NCBI GenBank assembly: GCA_026004215.1
Contig: BPIR01000001.1
Coordinates: 1,543,860 to 1,607,859, forward strand
DNA from: Candidatus Binatia bacterium
Lineage (GTDB): Bacteria; Desulfobacterota; Binatia; HRBIN30
DNA: 64,000 nt
Direction of reading: 5' to 3'
The notes below the pieces were generated by a model. It was not told the origin of the DNA. It was given only the letters and a program-made list of their open reading frames with translations, and did not search any database. This document shows, piece after piece, positions 24,113-34,298 of the stretch (the stretch's first letter is position 1; each line of letters starts with the position of its first letter). Position numbers and translations under genes: made by a program.

Positions 24113-26572
24113 TCACGCCACTCGCTCTGGGTTCGCCCGCCGAACAGCGTCCAACATAGCCAGGATGCCCAAGGCATAGATACCTAATGCGATCAGGTTC
24201 ACGCTACGAAAGCCAGCACTCATGGCTAGGACGATTGCCAAAATCGCCCCCACTACGGAGGCGACGCCGTTGGCCGCCCACGCCCAGGGCACCGCTTCAG
24301 GTGTCTGTGCGGCGACAATACGCATGCCGACGGGCAAGAACATTCCCAGGAGCAGCCCTGCGGGCGCCAGCGCCAACGCCGCAACCACGAAGCGGACCGC
24401 GAGACTGGAGCCGAGAGCGGCCCCAAACAACAACGGGAGCCCCGCAACGTAAAGAATGTTCAGCAGCACAAGAGCGACGAATAGCCGCTTGAGAGCCACA
24501 GATGGATCCCGCAAAACGGCAAGCTGACTACTGAGAAAACTGCCGATCCCGGAAGACAGCAGCAAGGCGCCAAGGACCATCGCCAAAGAAAATACTGGCG
24601 AACCGAGGAACAGGGTGAACCTCTGGATGTAACTGATCTCGATGAACATGAAGCCAAGCCCGAGACTCGCGAAGTAAATCAGGAAGCGCGAAGTACAGGC
24701 GTCCATGCTCCGCAATCCGAAGCGAAGCAACGGGGTGACAATCAGCAGCAACGCGAAAACGACCGACTGCGCCAAGATCGCCAACAAGACGAGTTGACCT
24801 GAAGCAAACGTATAGTCGGCACGCGATCGTTCCGGAGCAAACAAGCGGCTCCACTTGAGGAAATTGAAAAAGAAGGGACGATCGTCGGTCGTGACCCCGA
24901 GATTCAACCACTGCTTATCGAGAAACACTTCACGATCGGCAGTGCCCAACGAGAGAACTCTCGCCACAGGGGAATCCACACGCCGCCCGGGAAGATGCCA
25001 AGCCTCGAAGCCTGTCAATTCCAAGTGCTTCTCCAAGCGCTGCACTTCTCCGTCCGAGATGGGGCTCTTTCCCACAAGAATGCCGTAGATGGGAATAAAC
25101 GTGCCCTGCGGGTGGCTACGGACGACGATCAAGTGGTTTGCGGGATCCGTGATGCCCATGCGCTCCAGCGCATCCGCAATGATCACGATTAAGCGCAACA
25201 CTTGTCGGGGCGGCATGTCGGCAAAGCCCTTGTCTCCCCGCACAATGGAGAGGAACCCGCCCGGTTTGAGGCGGTTGAGATAATCGAGGACCGCCTCGCG
25301 AGTGTAGAGGTAGCTCTCGGAAAGCACATAAGCGCCCGAGTACACTGCTGCCAGCGTGTCAATGCCGGTGAGCTGCACCAGATCGTAGAGCCATGGAGTC
25401 CTGCGAACAAAGTTTCGGCCCTCGTCCACGGAAAGGGTTACTCGTGGGTCGTCGAACAAGTGCCCGGCGTAGTCGGCGAAATGTCGCCGCAACACATCCA
25501 CAGTCACCGGGTTCAACTCCACACCGGTAACATGGTTGGCGCCTTTTCGAAGCGCCATGGCGATGTCCACCCCGCCTCCGACACCGATCACCAGAACGTC
25601 CGGTTTCGACAAAAACAAGTATGGCACAGCCAGCACGGACCAGTCGAGGATCTTGAATGTCTCGGGATTGCCGTCGAAACGGTACAACATCGTAGAGGCG
25701 TCGCCGTCGTGGGTGATCACTAAATTTTCTGGGGAAGTACCCGGAAAGCGGTTACTCACCCCCCAGGCGGCGCTCTTTGCCATGCGCAGGGACTTTCCTT
25801 CGCGGCTTCCCACTACGTCCACACGGTAAACCGGGCTCCATTTTTTGAACAAAACTGCCGCGCCTTGGGCACGCAAGCGAGCCAAGAACTTTGTGGAGGA
25901 CGGTTGTGGGTCCACCGCGTTCCCCAGGCTCAGCGCCCCGAGGAACAGGGCCAACGTCAGAGCACCCGCCCCGATTGCAAGCGCTTTACGCTCCCAGGCC
26001 AGAAACGCAGCCGACAATGCAAACAAGCTCGCGCCCAGTAAGATCAAGCCCGGGGCTCCCAGCGGGGCCAACAAAGCAACGGCAATACCGCAACCCAGCG
26101 CGGCCCCTACGAGGTCGCTGAAATAAAGCTGAGCGATGCGGCCCGGAGCCTTGCCGAAAACGATGCTGATGCAAAGCCCAGCACATCCAAATGGAATCGT
26201 AACCGCGAAATAGTAAACAACCAGATACAGCCACTGGTGCGGATCGGCCCAAGGATCGAACTGTCCGCCGGGGAACAGTCGCGCCGGATCGAACGGCACA
26301 CGCGACACCACGGCCAAACAGATCACCAGCCCCAGGGCCGCAGCCGTAGCCGACCAACCCAGGGCAGTTGCCGTGCCCCGGCGAGTTAGCTCCGGCACCG
26401 CGTAATAAACGGAACCCGCTGCACCATAGCCCAGCAGGGCCACGCTAATTGTCATGTACGCAAAGTGGTACCAAATAGAAAATGAAAACAGTCGCGTGAG
26501 GGCCACCTCGGTCATGAGGGTCGCAAGCGACACGAGAAAAATTCCCCCATACACACGCCAATCCACCTTCAT
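24113..26572 (-). CDS. Membrane-embedded spermidine-synthase-like aminopropyltransferase (N- and C-terminal polytopic domains)
   Basis: Central SpeE-like Rossmann block (VLVIGVGGGVDIAMALRKGANHVTGVELNPVTVDVLRRHFADYAGHLFDDPRVTLSVDEGRNFVRRT) flanked by MFS-like TM bundles. Confidence 0.75.
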   Translation of the reverse strand: MKVDWRVYGGIFLVSLATLMTEVALTRLFSFSIWYHFAYMTISVALLGYGAAGSVYYAVPELTRRGTATALGWSATAAALGLVICLAVVSRVPFDPARLFPGGQFDPWADPHQWLYLVVYYFAVTIPFGCAGLCISIVFGKAPGRIAQLYFSDLVGAALGCGIAVALLAPLGAPGLILLGASLFALSAAFLAWERKALAIGAGALTLALFLGALSLGNAVDPQPSSTKFLARLRAQGAAVLFKKWSPVYRVDVVGSREGKSLRMAKSAAWGVSNRFPGTSPENLVITHDGDASTMLYRFDGNPETFKILDWSVLAVPYLFLSKPDVLVIGVGGGVDIAMALRKGANHVTGVELNPVTVDVLRRHFADYAGHLFDDPRVTLSVDEGRNFVRRTPWLYDLVQLTGIDTLAAVYSGAYVLSESYLYTREAVLDYLNRLKPGGFLSIVRGDKGFADMPPRQVLRLIVIIADALERMGITDPANHLIVVRSHPQGTFIPIYGILVGKSPISDGEVQRLEKHLELTGFEAWHLPGRRVDSPVARVLSLGTADREVFLDKQWLNLGVTTDDRPFFFNFLKWSRLFAPERSRADYTFASGQLVLLAILAQSVVFALLLIVTPLLRFGLRSMDACTSRFLIYFASLGLGFMFIEISYIQRFTLFLGSPVFSLAMVLGALLLSSGIGSFLSSQLAVLRDPSVALKRLFVALVLLNILYVAGLPLLFGAALGSSLAVRFVVAALALAPAGLLLGMFLPVGMRIVAAQTPEAVPWAWAANGVASVVGAILAIVLAMSAGFRSVNLIALGIYALGILAMLDAVRRANPERVA

Positions 26573-26931
26573 CGTTTCAGTACCTCAGTATCCTCTCATT
26601 GGAGAAACCCGCCCCGCGATGGAGCCGCTCTTTACACGGCCAGCTCGAACAGCACCTCTGGCCCACTTCAAGGATCGTGCCCGTGCCCAGTCAATGCACT
26701 AACCGCGGCTGAGTCAGCGTAGGCTGGTTCAAAGCCAGCACGTGAAAAGTACTTTTCCCTGGTCGCAGTCAATCCGGGTGGCCTTTTGCATGCCTGGCGC
26801 GGCTACCATGCGAGCTCACCTCACGCAAGCGCAAACATTTCTGAAGTCAAAATGCCGTCTTGCCGCCAAGCTGGGCTCGAGCTCCGACCCAACTGGCCCC
26901 AAGGTTTGCCGTTGCGCTATAGGTTCGTTGC

Positions 26932-28155
26932 ATGTTCACTGCGGTTCGGTTACCCGCAAAGCGGCCGGGGCGCGTGCACTCGATCGAAGAGTGCTTGGCG
27001 GAACTGCGCGCCGGCAAGATGGTCATCCTCATGGACGACGAAAACCGCGAGAACGAGGGCGACCTTTGTCTGGCTGCCGAAAAGGTCACACCCGAAGCCA
27101 TCAACTTCATGGCCAAGTACGGCCGCGGGCTGATTTGTCTGGCGCTCACCGAAGAACGCGTGCGCGAGTTGGGCCTGCCGATGATGGTATCCGAGAACCG
27201 CGCGCCGCTGGGCACGGCCTTCACCGTTTCCATTGACGCGCGCCACGGCATTACCACCGGAGTCAGTGCTGCGGATCGCGCACATACAATTCGCGTCGCC
27301 ATTCGCGAGGGCACGCGTCCCAACGATCTCGTGACTCCCGGGCACGTCTTTCCGCTCATGGCTCGGCGTGGCGGCGTACTGGTGCGCACGGGTCAAACGG
27401 AAGGTTCCGTGGATCTCGCACGCCTCGCCGGCCTGCGACCGGCTGCAGTGATCTGCGAGATCATGAAAGAAGACGGCACGATGGCGCGCCTGCCCGACCT
27501 GGAACGGTTTGCCGCCACCCACAATCTCAAGATCTGCACGATCGCGGACTTGGTGCAGTACCGCCTGCGCCACGATAGCCTCGTGCATCGGGTGGCCGAG
27601 GCCAAGATCGAGAGCCGCTACGGAGGCGAGTTCAAAATTTACGTGTACCACACGGATGTGGACGATGGGGAACATGTCGCCCTGGTGAAGGGCAACATCT
27701 CGCCAGACGAGCCGGTGCTCGTGCGCGCACACGCGGAGTTCTTGCCCGGCGACGTCTTCAACATGGCCGAGCAAAATACGGCCGCGTTGCTGCACGAGTC
27801 CATGCGCGTGATCGGCGAAGCGGGTAAAGGCGTGGTGGTGTACTTGCGGCGGCAAGGCCGCGGGGCCGAACTCGCCCACCTCCAACGCCAGTTGGCACAC
27901 AACCCGAGTACGGACCCCGAAACGCGCCAGCGAGCCTTTCGCGATTACGGGATTGGCGCACAAATCTTGCGCGATGTCGGCGTGCGGAAAATTCGCTTGC
28001 TCAGCAACTACCCGCGCAAGCTGGTGAGCTTGCCGGGGTACGGACTGGAGATCGTGGAATGCGTCCCCATCGCGGTGCCGGAAAGCCGGAGCAGCGCGGA
28101 AAATAAACGCAGCCGGCGGGCGCGCTCCGGGAGTGCCCGAGCTCGTCGCTCGTGA
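26932..28155 (+). CDS. ribBA: Bifunctional RibBA-type protein: DHBP synthase plus degenerate GTP-cyclohydrolase-II-like domain
   Basis: N-terminal [29 protein letters not shown]...[16 protein letters not shown] is RibB. The C-terminal GCH-II-like domain lacks the Zn-binding CxxGxxxxxxRCDC cysteines (it reads [12 protein letters not shown]). Confidence 0.9.
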   Translation: MFTAVRLPAKRPGRVHSIEECLAELRAGKMVILMDDENRENEGDLCLAAEKVTPEAINFMAKYGRGLICLALTEERVRELGLPMMVSENRAPLGTAFTVSIDARHGITTGVSAADRAHTIRVAIREGTRPNDLVTPGHVFPLMARRGGVLVRTGQTEGSVDLARLAGLRPAAVICEIMKEDGTMARLPDLERFAATHNLKICTIADLVQYRLRHDSLVHRVAEAKIESRYGGEFKIYVYHTDVDDGEHVALVKGNISPDEPVLVRAHAEFLPGDVFNMAEQNTAALLHESMRVIGEAGKGVVVYLRRQGRGAELAHLQRQLAHNPSTDPETRQRAFRDYGIGAQILRDVGVRKIRLLSNYPRKLVSLPGYGLEIVECVPIAVPESRSSAENKRSRRARSGSARARRS

Positions 28156-28212
28156 GTTTCTCGGCGCGCACGGTCATGGCCGCGTGTCGGCCGGCGTGCT
28201 CGCACGTGGGCT

Positions 28213-29091
28213 TTACTGAATTTTGTCCACCCAAGCGCCCAAGTCCCACACGTAATTCATGCCGAGTTTCAAGCCGAAGTCCTCGCTACCCGTGTCGAGC
28301 CCGAACGATGCGCCCAAAAAGAACGCCAGGGGCCCGTCGTGCAGCCGAATCCCCGCAGCGGCACGGGTGCGGTCGTTATCGAATCGGGACCCGGTCAGCC
28401 CAGAAATCTCGCCCAGCAAGCGAATTTGCGCGCCTCCCTGCGCCTCGCTCTTCCAACTCGGGCCCTCCATGGCCACGGCATAGACGAACAAGTCATCTTG
28501 CCCGCCCGGACCGAACCGGTGCCCGAGCATCTGCCCAGGATTGCCGAGCAATGCAATCCCCAGGTTGGTATGCACCCGAACGGCTCCTACGTCCTTGGAG
28601 ATCAATGCCAAGATGTCGAAATCCGTTTCATCCGTGCCCAGACGGTCGTCTTTGTTCGCGTTCGGGAGCTTCGTGCCAAACCGCACCGCAAGCGCAGGCC
28701 AGACGGGATCCTCGGGCCGCACCCGAACTTTGGTGTGCAAGCGCGCGTCACCGGAACCGTATTGCCAGTTGGTTTGCCCTTGCGCGGTTCGTTCGTCGAG
28801 ATAAATCGCCTCGTACTCCGCTTCGATCTCTACCCAGTCCGCCGCGCCGGCCCGAAAACCGATGCGGGGCACCTGCGAGCGATCCTGCCGCCGCAGCGCC
28901 CCCGGCGCCGTGAAAAACGGGAACCGCTCGTTGCGCGCGTAGTCGGCTGCGAGCGTGATCTCGCCCAGACCGTCCCGTAAAATCGCCGCGTCATACGCCG
29001 ACAAAGGCTGCAACGATGCCTGTGGCTGCGAAGCTGCGATCGCAGGTAGCGCCATCGCCAGAACCCCGGCCCACCACCACGTCCGCAGCAT
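28213..29091 (-). CDS. Secreted hypothetical protein (possible outer-membrane beta-barrel)
   Basis: Signal peptide MLRTWWWAGVLAMALPAIAASQP; alternating amphipathic composition. No motif recognised. Confidence 0.45.
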   Translation of the reverse strand: MLRTWWWAGVLAMALPAIAASQPQASLQPLSAYDAAILRDGLGEITLAADYARNERFPFFTAPGALRRQDRSQVPRIGFRAGAADWVEIEAEYEAIYLDERTAQGQTNWQYGSGDARLHTKVRVRPEDPVWPALAVRFGTKLPNANKDDRLGTDETDFDILALISKDVGAVRVHTNLGIALLGNPGQMLGHRFGPGGQDDLFVYAVAMEGPSWKSEAQGGAQIRLLGEISGLTGSRFDNDRTRAAAGIRLHDGPLAFFLGASFGLDTGSEDFGLKLGMNYVWDLGAWVDKIQ

Positions 29092-29174
29092 GCAAACCTC
29101 CTCCACGACCGAAGTCAGTGCCATATTTGGAAGGGGCAAGCAAATTGCAAGGGGCATCTTCGTGTGCTTGCAAC

Positions 29175-30941
29175 GTGCCTGTGCCCTCACGAAACTTGCC
29201 TGTCGCTGCGGCGCTGATCGTGGCCCTCGCCACGGCCGTCGTTGGCGACTCGGAAGTCGTCAAAGTTCGTGTCACCTCGCCGGCACCCAGCGCCATCCGA
29301 GGAAGCAGCATCCCCTTGGTCGTCGAAGTCCAGATCGCGCCGGGATGGCACATTCACGGTCACGAACCTGACGAACCCTTTCTGATTCCCACGGACGTGG
29401 CCTTCGAGTTACCCGGAGGCGCCCGCACCGGGCCGGTGCGCTACCCCCCAGCGGAAGGGCGTAGCTTCGCATTTGCCCCGAACAAGGTTCTGAAAGTGTA
29501 TCAAGGAACAGCTCGAATTACGACTACGCTGGAAGTCGATCGAGCTTTCGAGGGTTCGGAGGTTCCGGTGGTGGCGCGGTTGCGGTACCAGGCATGTACA
29601 GACACCACCTGTGCGCCGCCCAAGACCGTCTCTGCGCAAGCGGTGTTGCCGGTTTCGGACCGTTCGGAAGCAGGCGTCGCTCCCCCGAGCCCACTTCCAC
29701 ACGTGGGGACTCCCGACTTCGCTACCTGGATCGGTCAGCGCGGGCGCTTGCTGACGTTGTTGCTCACCCTGATGCTCGGGTTGGGACTCAATCTGACTCC
29801 TTGCGTATACCCGCTCGTGTCGGTGACCATCGCCTATTTCGGCCGCCAAGCGCAAACGAACACACGCCACCGGGCCGTGCTGGCGGCTGCTTACGTTACC
29901 GGCATCGTGATCACGTTCGCCATTCTCGGCGTGGTCGCGGCGCTTTCCGGCGGCATGTTCGGTGCGTGGTTGCAAAAGCCGTGGGTGCTCGTGGCGCTGG
30001 CGGGGTTGATGGTGCTTCTAGCGGCGAGTTCATTTGGTTTTTATCAGTTTCGGCTCCCTGCCGGACTCACCCAGCGCTTCGGCAGTGCCATGCCGGGATT
30101 TTTGGGCGCGTTCCTCATGGGTGCCAGCATGGGTATCGTTGCGGCTCCGTGTGTGGGTCCGGTGGTGGTCGGCCTTCTGGCGTTCGTGGGGCAGCAACGC
30201 GACCCTTGGTTGGGTATCCAGCTCTTTACCGCGTTAGGAACCGGCCTCGGTCTCCCGTATCTCGTACTCGCCTTTGTTGCCGGGACCTTGCGATCGCTGC
30301 CGCGCTCGGGGGATTGGCTGGTTTGGGTGGAGCGCGTGTTTGGTTTCGTGTTGCTGGCTCTTGCCGTGTATTTCATCGCGCCGCTGCTGCCCCGGCGAGT
30401 CGTTTCGCTGGCGTACGCAGTGCTGGCGGCGGCCGCCGCGTTGGTGCTCGGCCTAGTGGCACCGGGGAGCTCGACGACGAGGGTTTTTCGCCTGTGGCAA
30501 CGCGCGGTGGGAGCGGGTTTAATCGTACTGGCAGCTTGGTTGGCCATGCCTGCCGCTCGAGGGAGCAGCATCGCCTGGGTGGACTATTCGGAGGTCGCGC
30601 TCGAAGCGGCAAAGCAGGAAGGAAGACCCGTGCTGATCGATTTCGTCGCCGACTGGTGCATTCCCTGCCACGAGATGGAAGCGACTACGTTTGCCGACCG
30701 GCGCGTGGCCAGTCTCGCGCAAAGTTTTCTCATGCTGCGTGCCGACTTGACAATGGAGACGGACGCGACCAAGGCGGTCACGGAGCGATTCGATGTGCGC
30801 GGGGTGCCAACGCTCATCCTTCTCGATGCCAATGGCCGGGAAGTGCAACGCATGGTCGGGTACGTCAGTCCAGAAGAACTGGTCGCGGCGATGGAAAAGC
30901 TTTTGGCGTCGTCGCCCGCCGGCAACGCATCCCCGTGCTAA
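29175..30941 (+). CDS. dsbD: Thiol:disulfide interchange protein DsbD
   Basis: DsbD-alpha domain, a central TM domain with CVYP...C motifs, and a C-terminal thioredoxin fold (WCIPCH). GTG start chosen at 29175, which gives signal peptide VPVPSRNLPVAAALIVALATAVVG. Confidence 0.85.
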   Translation: MPVPSRNLPVAAALIVALATAVVGDSEVVKVRVTSPAPSAIRGSSIPLVVEVQIAPGWHIHGHEPDEPFLIPTDVAFELPGGARTGPVRYPPAEGRSFAFAPNKVLKVYQGTARITTTLEVDRAFEGSEVPVVARLRYQACTDTTCAPPKTVSAQAVLPVSDRSEAGVAPPSPLPHVGTPDFATWIGQRGRLLTLLLTLMLGLGLNLTPCVYPLVSVTIAYFGRQAQTNTRHRAVLAAAYVTGIVITFAILGVVAALSGGMFGAWLQKPWVLVALAGLMVLLAASSFGFYQFRLPAGLTQRFGSAMPGFLGAFLMGASMGIVAAPCVGPVVVGLLAFVGQQRDPWLGIQLFTALGTGLGLPYLVLAFVAGTLRSLPRSGDWLVWVERVFGFVLLALAVYFIAPLLPRRVVSLAYAVLAAAAALVLGLVAPGSSTTRVFRLWQRAVGAGLIVLAAWLAMPAARGSSIAWVDYSEVALEAAKQEGRPVLIDFVADWCIPCHEMEATTFADRRVASLAQSFLMLRADLTMETDATKAVTERFDVRGVPTLILLDANGREVQRMVGYVSPEELVAAMEKLLASSPAGNASPC

Positions 30942-31720
30942 AACTCGATCGTGAAGCCTTCGCTTTCTTGATTGTCGATATCTTCCAAAGTCACGCGCGC
31001 CCGGATGTACGTGCCGAACGGAAAGAACGTGTAGCCTTCGACGACCTGTTGCGGTGCGATCGTGCCCGCTCGCAGCGCTCGTTGTTCCACATGGGCCCGT
31101 GCCTCCGGAGGCAGCTTGGCCGCCACCGTTTCCGGCGGCACAGGTTGGAGGCGCCGGCCGTCGGGCGTTTGCAGCCAAATGCGAGCGAGGTCCAGTTTGT
31201 ACTTGCGATCAGTACGATTGGCGATGCGCACGTGCACCGGCACTAACTCTGCCGCAGTCAGGTCCACACCCAGACCGGAACTTGTGGCGCGTTCGATGGC
31301 CACCGCCACGTCCACACCCGTTTCTGCGAGCGGCCGGGGAGTGGGACGAGGTGCCGCTACCGCGGAAAAGGTCTTTTGAAACTGCGAGGCAAAGTCGAGA
31401 TTTTCGAGCCCTTGTCCTTCCGCTTTTGCCTCGATTTCGGCACCGCGGGCGGTGCAAAACACCTGTACGAGCACTCGCGCCGTGCGCGTTCCCTCCTGTT
31501 TTTGCGCCACGACCACGCCCGGGGTACCGGGTTCCGCGCGGGTCACTTCCGCAACCCGGTAGCCGAGCCGCTGCACGGTAGCGATGGCGAGTTGCTGTGC
31601 CTCGCCACAGGTCATTCCTTTTTCCTCGATGCGCACGTAGCGGCCGGCGCAACCGCCACTCGTGCAAACCACGAGGCCGAGACCGACCCATACGCTCTGC
31701 CAACACCTGCCCGAACGCAT
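30938..31720 (-). CDS. Hypothetical lipoprotein
   Basis: MRSGRCWQSVWVGLGLVVCTSGGCAG lipobox-like signal. No known domain. It is convergent with dsbD and overlaps it by 4 nt. Confidence 0.45.
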   Translation of the reverse strand: MRSGRCWQSVWVGLGLVVCTSGGCAGRYVRIEEKGMTCGEAQQLAIATVQRLGYRVAEVTRAEPGTPGVVVAQKQEGTRTARVLVQVFCTARGAEIEAKAEGQGLENLDFASQFQKTFSAVAAPRPTPRPLAETGVDVAVAIERATSSGLGVDLTAAELVPVHVRIANRTDRKYKLDLARIWLQTPDGRRLQPVPPETVAAKLPPEARAHVEQRALRAGTIAPQQVVEGYTFFPFGTYIRARVTLEDIDNQESEGFTIEF

Positions 31721-31858
31721 GCGAGCATTGAATCCGAAACGTCTAGCTGTGGAAAGAAGCGCGGCCTGCAACAGTGCATTTTTGCGCGTCATGGTGGCAG
31801 ATTTTTGGGCTGAACCTCGCACATTAGTTTTGCTTGCGAGGGTGAGCGACTTCGTGGC

Positions 31859-34093
31859 ATGAAACATTCTCTGGAAATGGAAGGCAAGGCGCCGAGCGGA
31901 CCTCCCGCTGGCAAGAATGGCAATGGGGCCCCGTTGGCGGCCCGTGTGCGGGCGGCGGGTGGCTTGTTATTCGTGGCACTCGCCAGTTTCGCTGTCGTCG
32001 AGGTCGTTGCCCGTCCGGGCGAAAACCCCGGCGTCACCGCGGTGCATCTCCTGGGCCTGGGGATTCTCAGCGCTTTGATGGTTCCCCTGTATCGGAAAAC
32101 TTCCGACACGATACTGCAGGCCGCCACGGTGGCTGCGCTACTGACCTGCGCCTTGGTTAGTGTGGGTGTGGCGGCGCTGACCGCCGACGCCAACTCCTCG
32201 TCCTTTGTGTTCGTGGCGCTGGCCATGGGTAGCGCGGCTCTTCTGCCCTGGGGACCAAAACCCCAGGCCATCTTCGTGGCCTTCCTGGCGGTGTTGTTTC
32301 CTCTCGCCGTTTCTATGGCGGAGGGCGGGGTAAGCGTGTTCCGTTTACGCGAGTACCTGGGGTTGCTGGTGATCCTCGGTGTGTCGGTGTACATCGCTGG
32401 GGAGCTCGAACGTTATCGGCGACAAGCCGAGGCGGAACTCGAACGGCGCCTCGCCCGCGAGCAAGAAATCGATCGGCAGCGCCGTTTTTTGCGGGCCGTC
32501 GTCGACATCAATCCTCACCTGATTTTCGCCAAGGATCGCGATGGACGCTTCACCCTCGTGAACCAGGCAGTGGCCGAGATGTACGGTACAACCGTGCACG
32601 ACTTGGTCGGCAAAACCGACGCAGACTTCAATCCCAACGAAGATGAGATCCGATTTTTCCGGAAAATCGACCTGGAGGTTCTCGACACCGGCGAAGAGCG
32701 GGTGATCGAGGAAGAGCGCATCACCGATGCAGCCGGCAACGTGCATTGGCTGAAAACGATCAAGCGCCCCTTGTTCTCGGAGGATGGCCGCCCCGAGCAA
32801 GTGCTCGGGGTGGCCATGGACATTACCGAACAGCGTGCCTCCCGAATTCGACTGCAAGCAGAGGCGCTCATTGCCTCCACGCTTTCCACGGCGGGCGAGG
32901 AAATCATAACCGCACTGAATTCCCCAGAACTTCCGCAGGCGCTGTGCCGAGTGGCTCGCTGGGCTCTCGGAGGGCATTGGGCGCAACTTTGGACTGTGGA
33001 TGAGTCCACTGGCCGGATCCGCCCGTCGGCTCAAGATCAAGCGCCGCCGGAAGTCTGGGCGGCGCTGCAGGTGGTCGAAGTGGACCAGGCGATGGTGGCT
33101 GAGATTTGGAAGCAAGCGGAGGCGCGCGAAATTACCATCATTACTCGGGAAGACGCGGGCCGGTGGATTCCGCCCGTACTCCTCGGTCTCGCCAAGTCTT
33201 TTTCCGGCGCTGTCGTCGTGCCGCTTTGGCGAGGCAGCGAATTATCGGGGGCCCTCATCGTCGGCCTGCAGCCTGACGCCCTTTCGTTCGTACCTGTTCT
33301 CAAGCGGATCGCGGGTGGACTTTCGCAACTGGCGTCTCTCACGTGGGAAAGTGCGCGCCTGGTCGAACAAGTCGCGCGGGCCAGCCGGCTCAAATCCGAG
33401 TTTATGGCCACGATGTCTCACGAGCTGCGTACCCCCCTCAACGTCATTCTCGGGTACAGTGGGCTCCTGTTGGAAGATGCGCTGGGGGAATTGAGCCCGG
33501 AGCAACGCGAGGCCGTCACCCGGTTACGCGCCAACGCCCTCCAACTCCTCGACCTTGTCAACGCTACGCTTGACGTGACGCGCCTCGAAGCCGGCCGAGT
33601 TCACCTTGACCTGCGACCCGTCTCCATTGCCGAGGTTGTCGCGCAAACCGTGCGGGAGACCGTAGAACAAGTCCAGCCCAACGGAGTCCATGTGTGGAGA
33701 GTTATTCCCCCTACCCTGCCGAAGGTTTCTACGGATCCGGCAAAGCTCAAGGTCATCGTGAAGAACTTGTTTGCGAACGCCCTGAAATTCACCCCCTCCG
33801 GATGGGTGCTGGTGGATGGAGTGCTGGACAACGGGCAATTGATCATCCGTGTCGCCGACACTGGCGTGGGGATTTCGGCACACGATCGCGAGCGAATTTT
33901 CGAACCGTTTCGCCAGTTCAGCCAACCCGTGGATCAGCGCTTCGGTGGAGTCGGCCTGGGATTGTACATCGTCCGCCGCCTGGTGGATGCCTTCGGCGGC
34001 GAGATCACCGTAGATAGCGAGCCGGGTCGCGGCACGCTGTTTACGGTGCGGTTACCCGTGGATCCTCCGAACCGCGCCGCCAGTGCGGCGTGA
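31859..34093 (+). CDS. Membrane sensor histidine kinase with PAS domain (HisKA plus HATPase_c)
   Basis: N-terminal TM helices, a PAS block (VVDINPHLIFAKDRDGRFTLVNQAVAEMYG...), an H-box (MATMSHELRTPLNVILGY) and G-boxes (DTGVGI..., GGVGLGLYIV). Confidence 0.85.
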   Translation: MKHSLEMEGKAPSGPPAGKNGNGAPLAARVRAAGGLLFVALASFAVVEVVARPGENPGVTAVHLLGLGILSALMVPLYRKTSDTILQAATVAALLTCALVSVGVAALTADANSSSFVFVALAMGSAALLPWGPKPQAIFVAFLAVLFPLAVSMAEGGVSVFRLREYLGLLVILGVSVYIAGELERYRRQAEAELERRLAREQEIDRQRRFLRAVVDINPHLIFAKDRDGRFTLVNQAVAEMYGTTVHDLVGKTDADFNPNEDEIRFFRKIDLEVLDTGEERVIEEERITDAAGNVHWLKTIKRPLFSEDGRPEQVLGVAMDITEQRASRIRLQAEALIASTLSTAGEEIITALNSPELPQALCRVARWALGGHWAQLWTVDESTGRIRPSAQDQAPPEVWAALQVVEVDQAMVAEIWKQAEAREITIITREDAGRWIPPVLLGLAKSFSGAVVVPLWRGSELSGALIVGLQPDALSFVPVLKRIAGGLSQLASLTWESARLVEQVARASRLKSEFMATMSHELRTPLNVILGYSGLLLEDALGELSPEQREAVTRLRANALQLLDLVNATLDVTRLEAGRVHLDLRPVSIAEVVAQTVRETVEQVQPNGVHVWRVIPPTLPKVSTDPAKLKVIVKNLFANALKFTPSGWVLVDGVLDNGQLIIRVADTGVGISAHDRERIFEPFRQFSQPVDQRFGGVGLGLYIVRRLVDAFGGEITVDSEPGRGTLFTVRLPVDPPNRAASAA

Positions 34094-34298
34094 AACGCAA
34101 AACAGGATCGCCACTTTTGCCCGGGTCGCAAAACCGGTTTACGCACCAGCAAGGGAGATCGCTCCCGCACGGGAGGCGTTTGTAAGCTCGACGCCCGCCT
34201 GCCGCCCTCCGGCAGCCGTCTTTCTGCGTTGCTGTGCCAATAGATATGGCGCCCAAGGATCCTTCCTCGGCAAGTCGGAGCACGCCAACAAGTCCGGC

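Noticed and set aside
26573-26931. Possible FMN riboswitch upstream of ribBA
   Set aside because: Searched by eye for RFN-element hallmarks (GGATTC...CCGACAGT...AGTCTGGATG). None are present.
26950-27963. 337-aa minus-strand ORF opposite ribBA
   Set aside because: ribBA on the plus strand is unmistakable. The antisense product is compositionally biased.
28152-28980. 253-aa and 213-aa plus-strand ORFs overlapping the secreted protein 28213-29091
   Set aside because: Arg/Pro-rich junk. The minus-strand product has balanced composition and a signal peptide.
29594-31246. 550-aa plus-strand alternative-frame ORF inside dsbD
   Set aside because: Out-of-frame read-through of dsbD, Arg/Gly-rich. 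The DsbD frame carries the thioredoxin CxxC and TM motifs.
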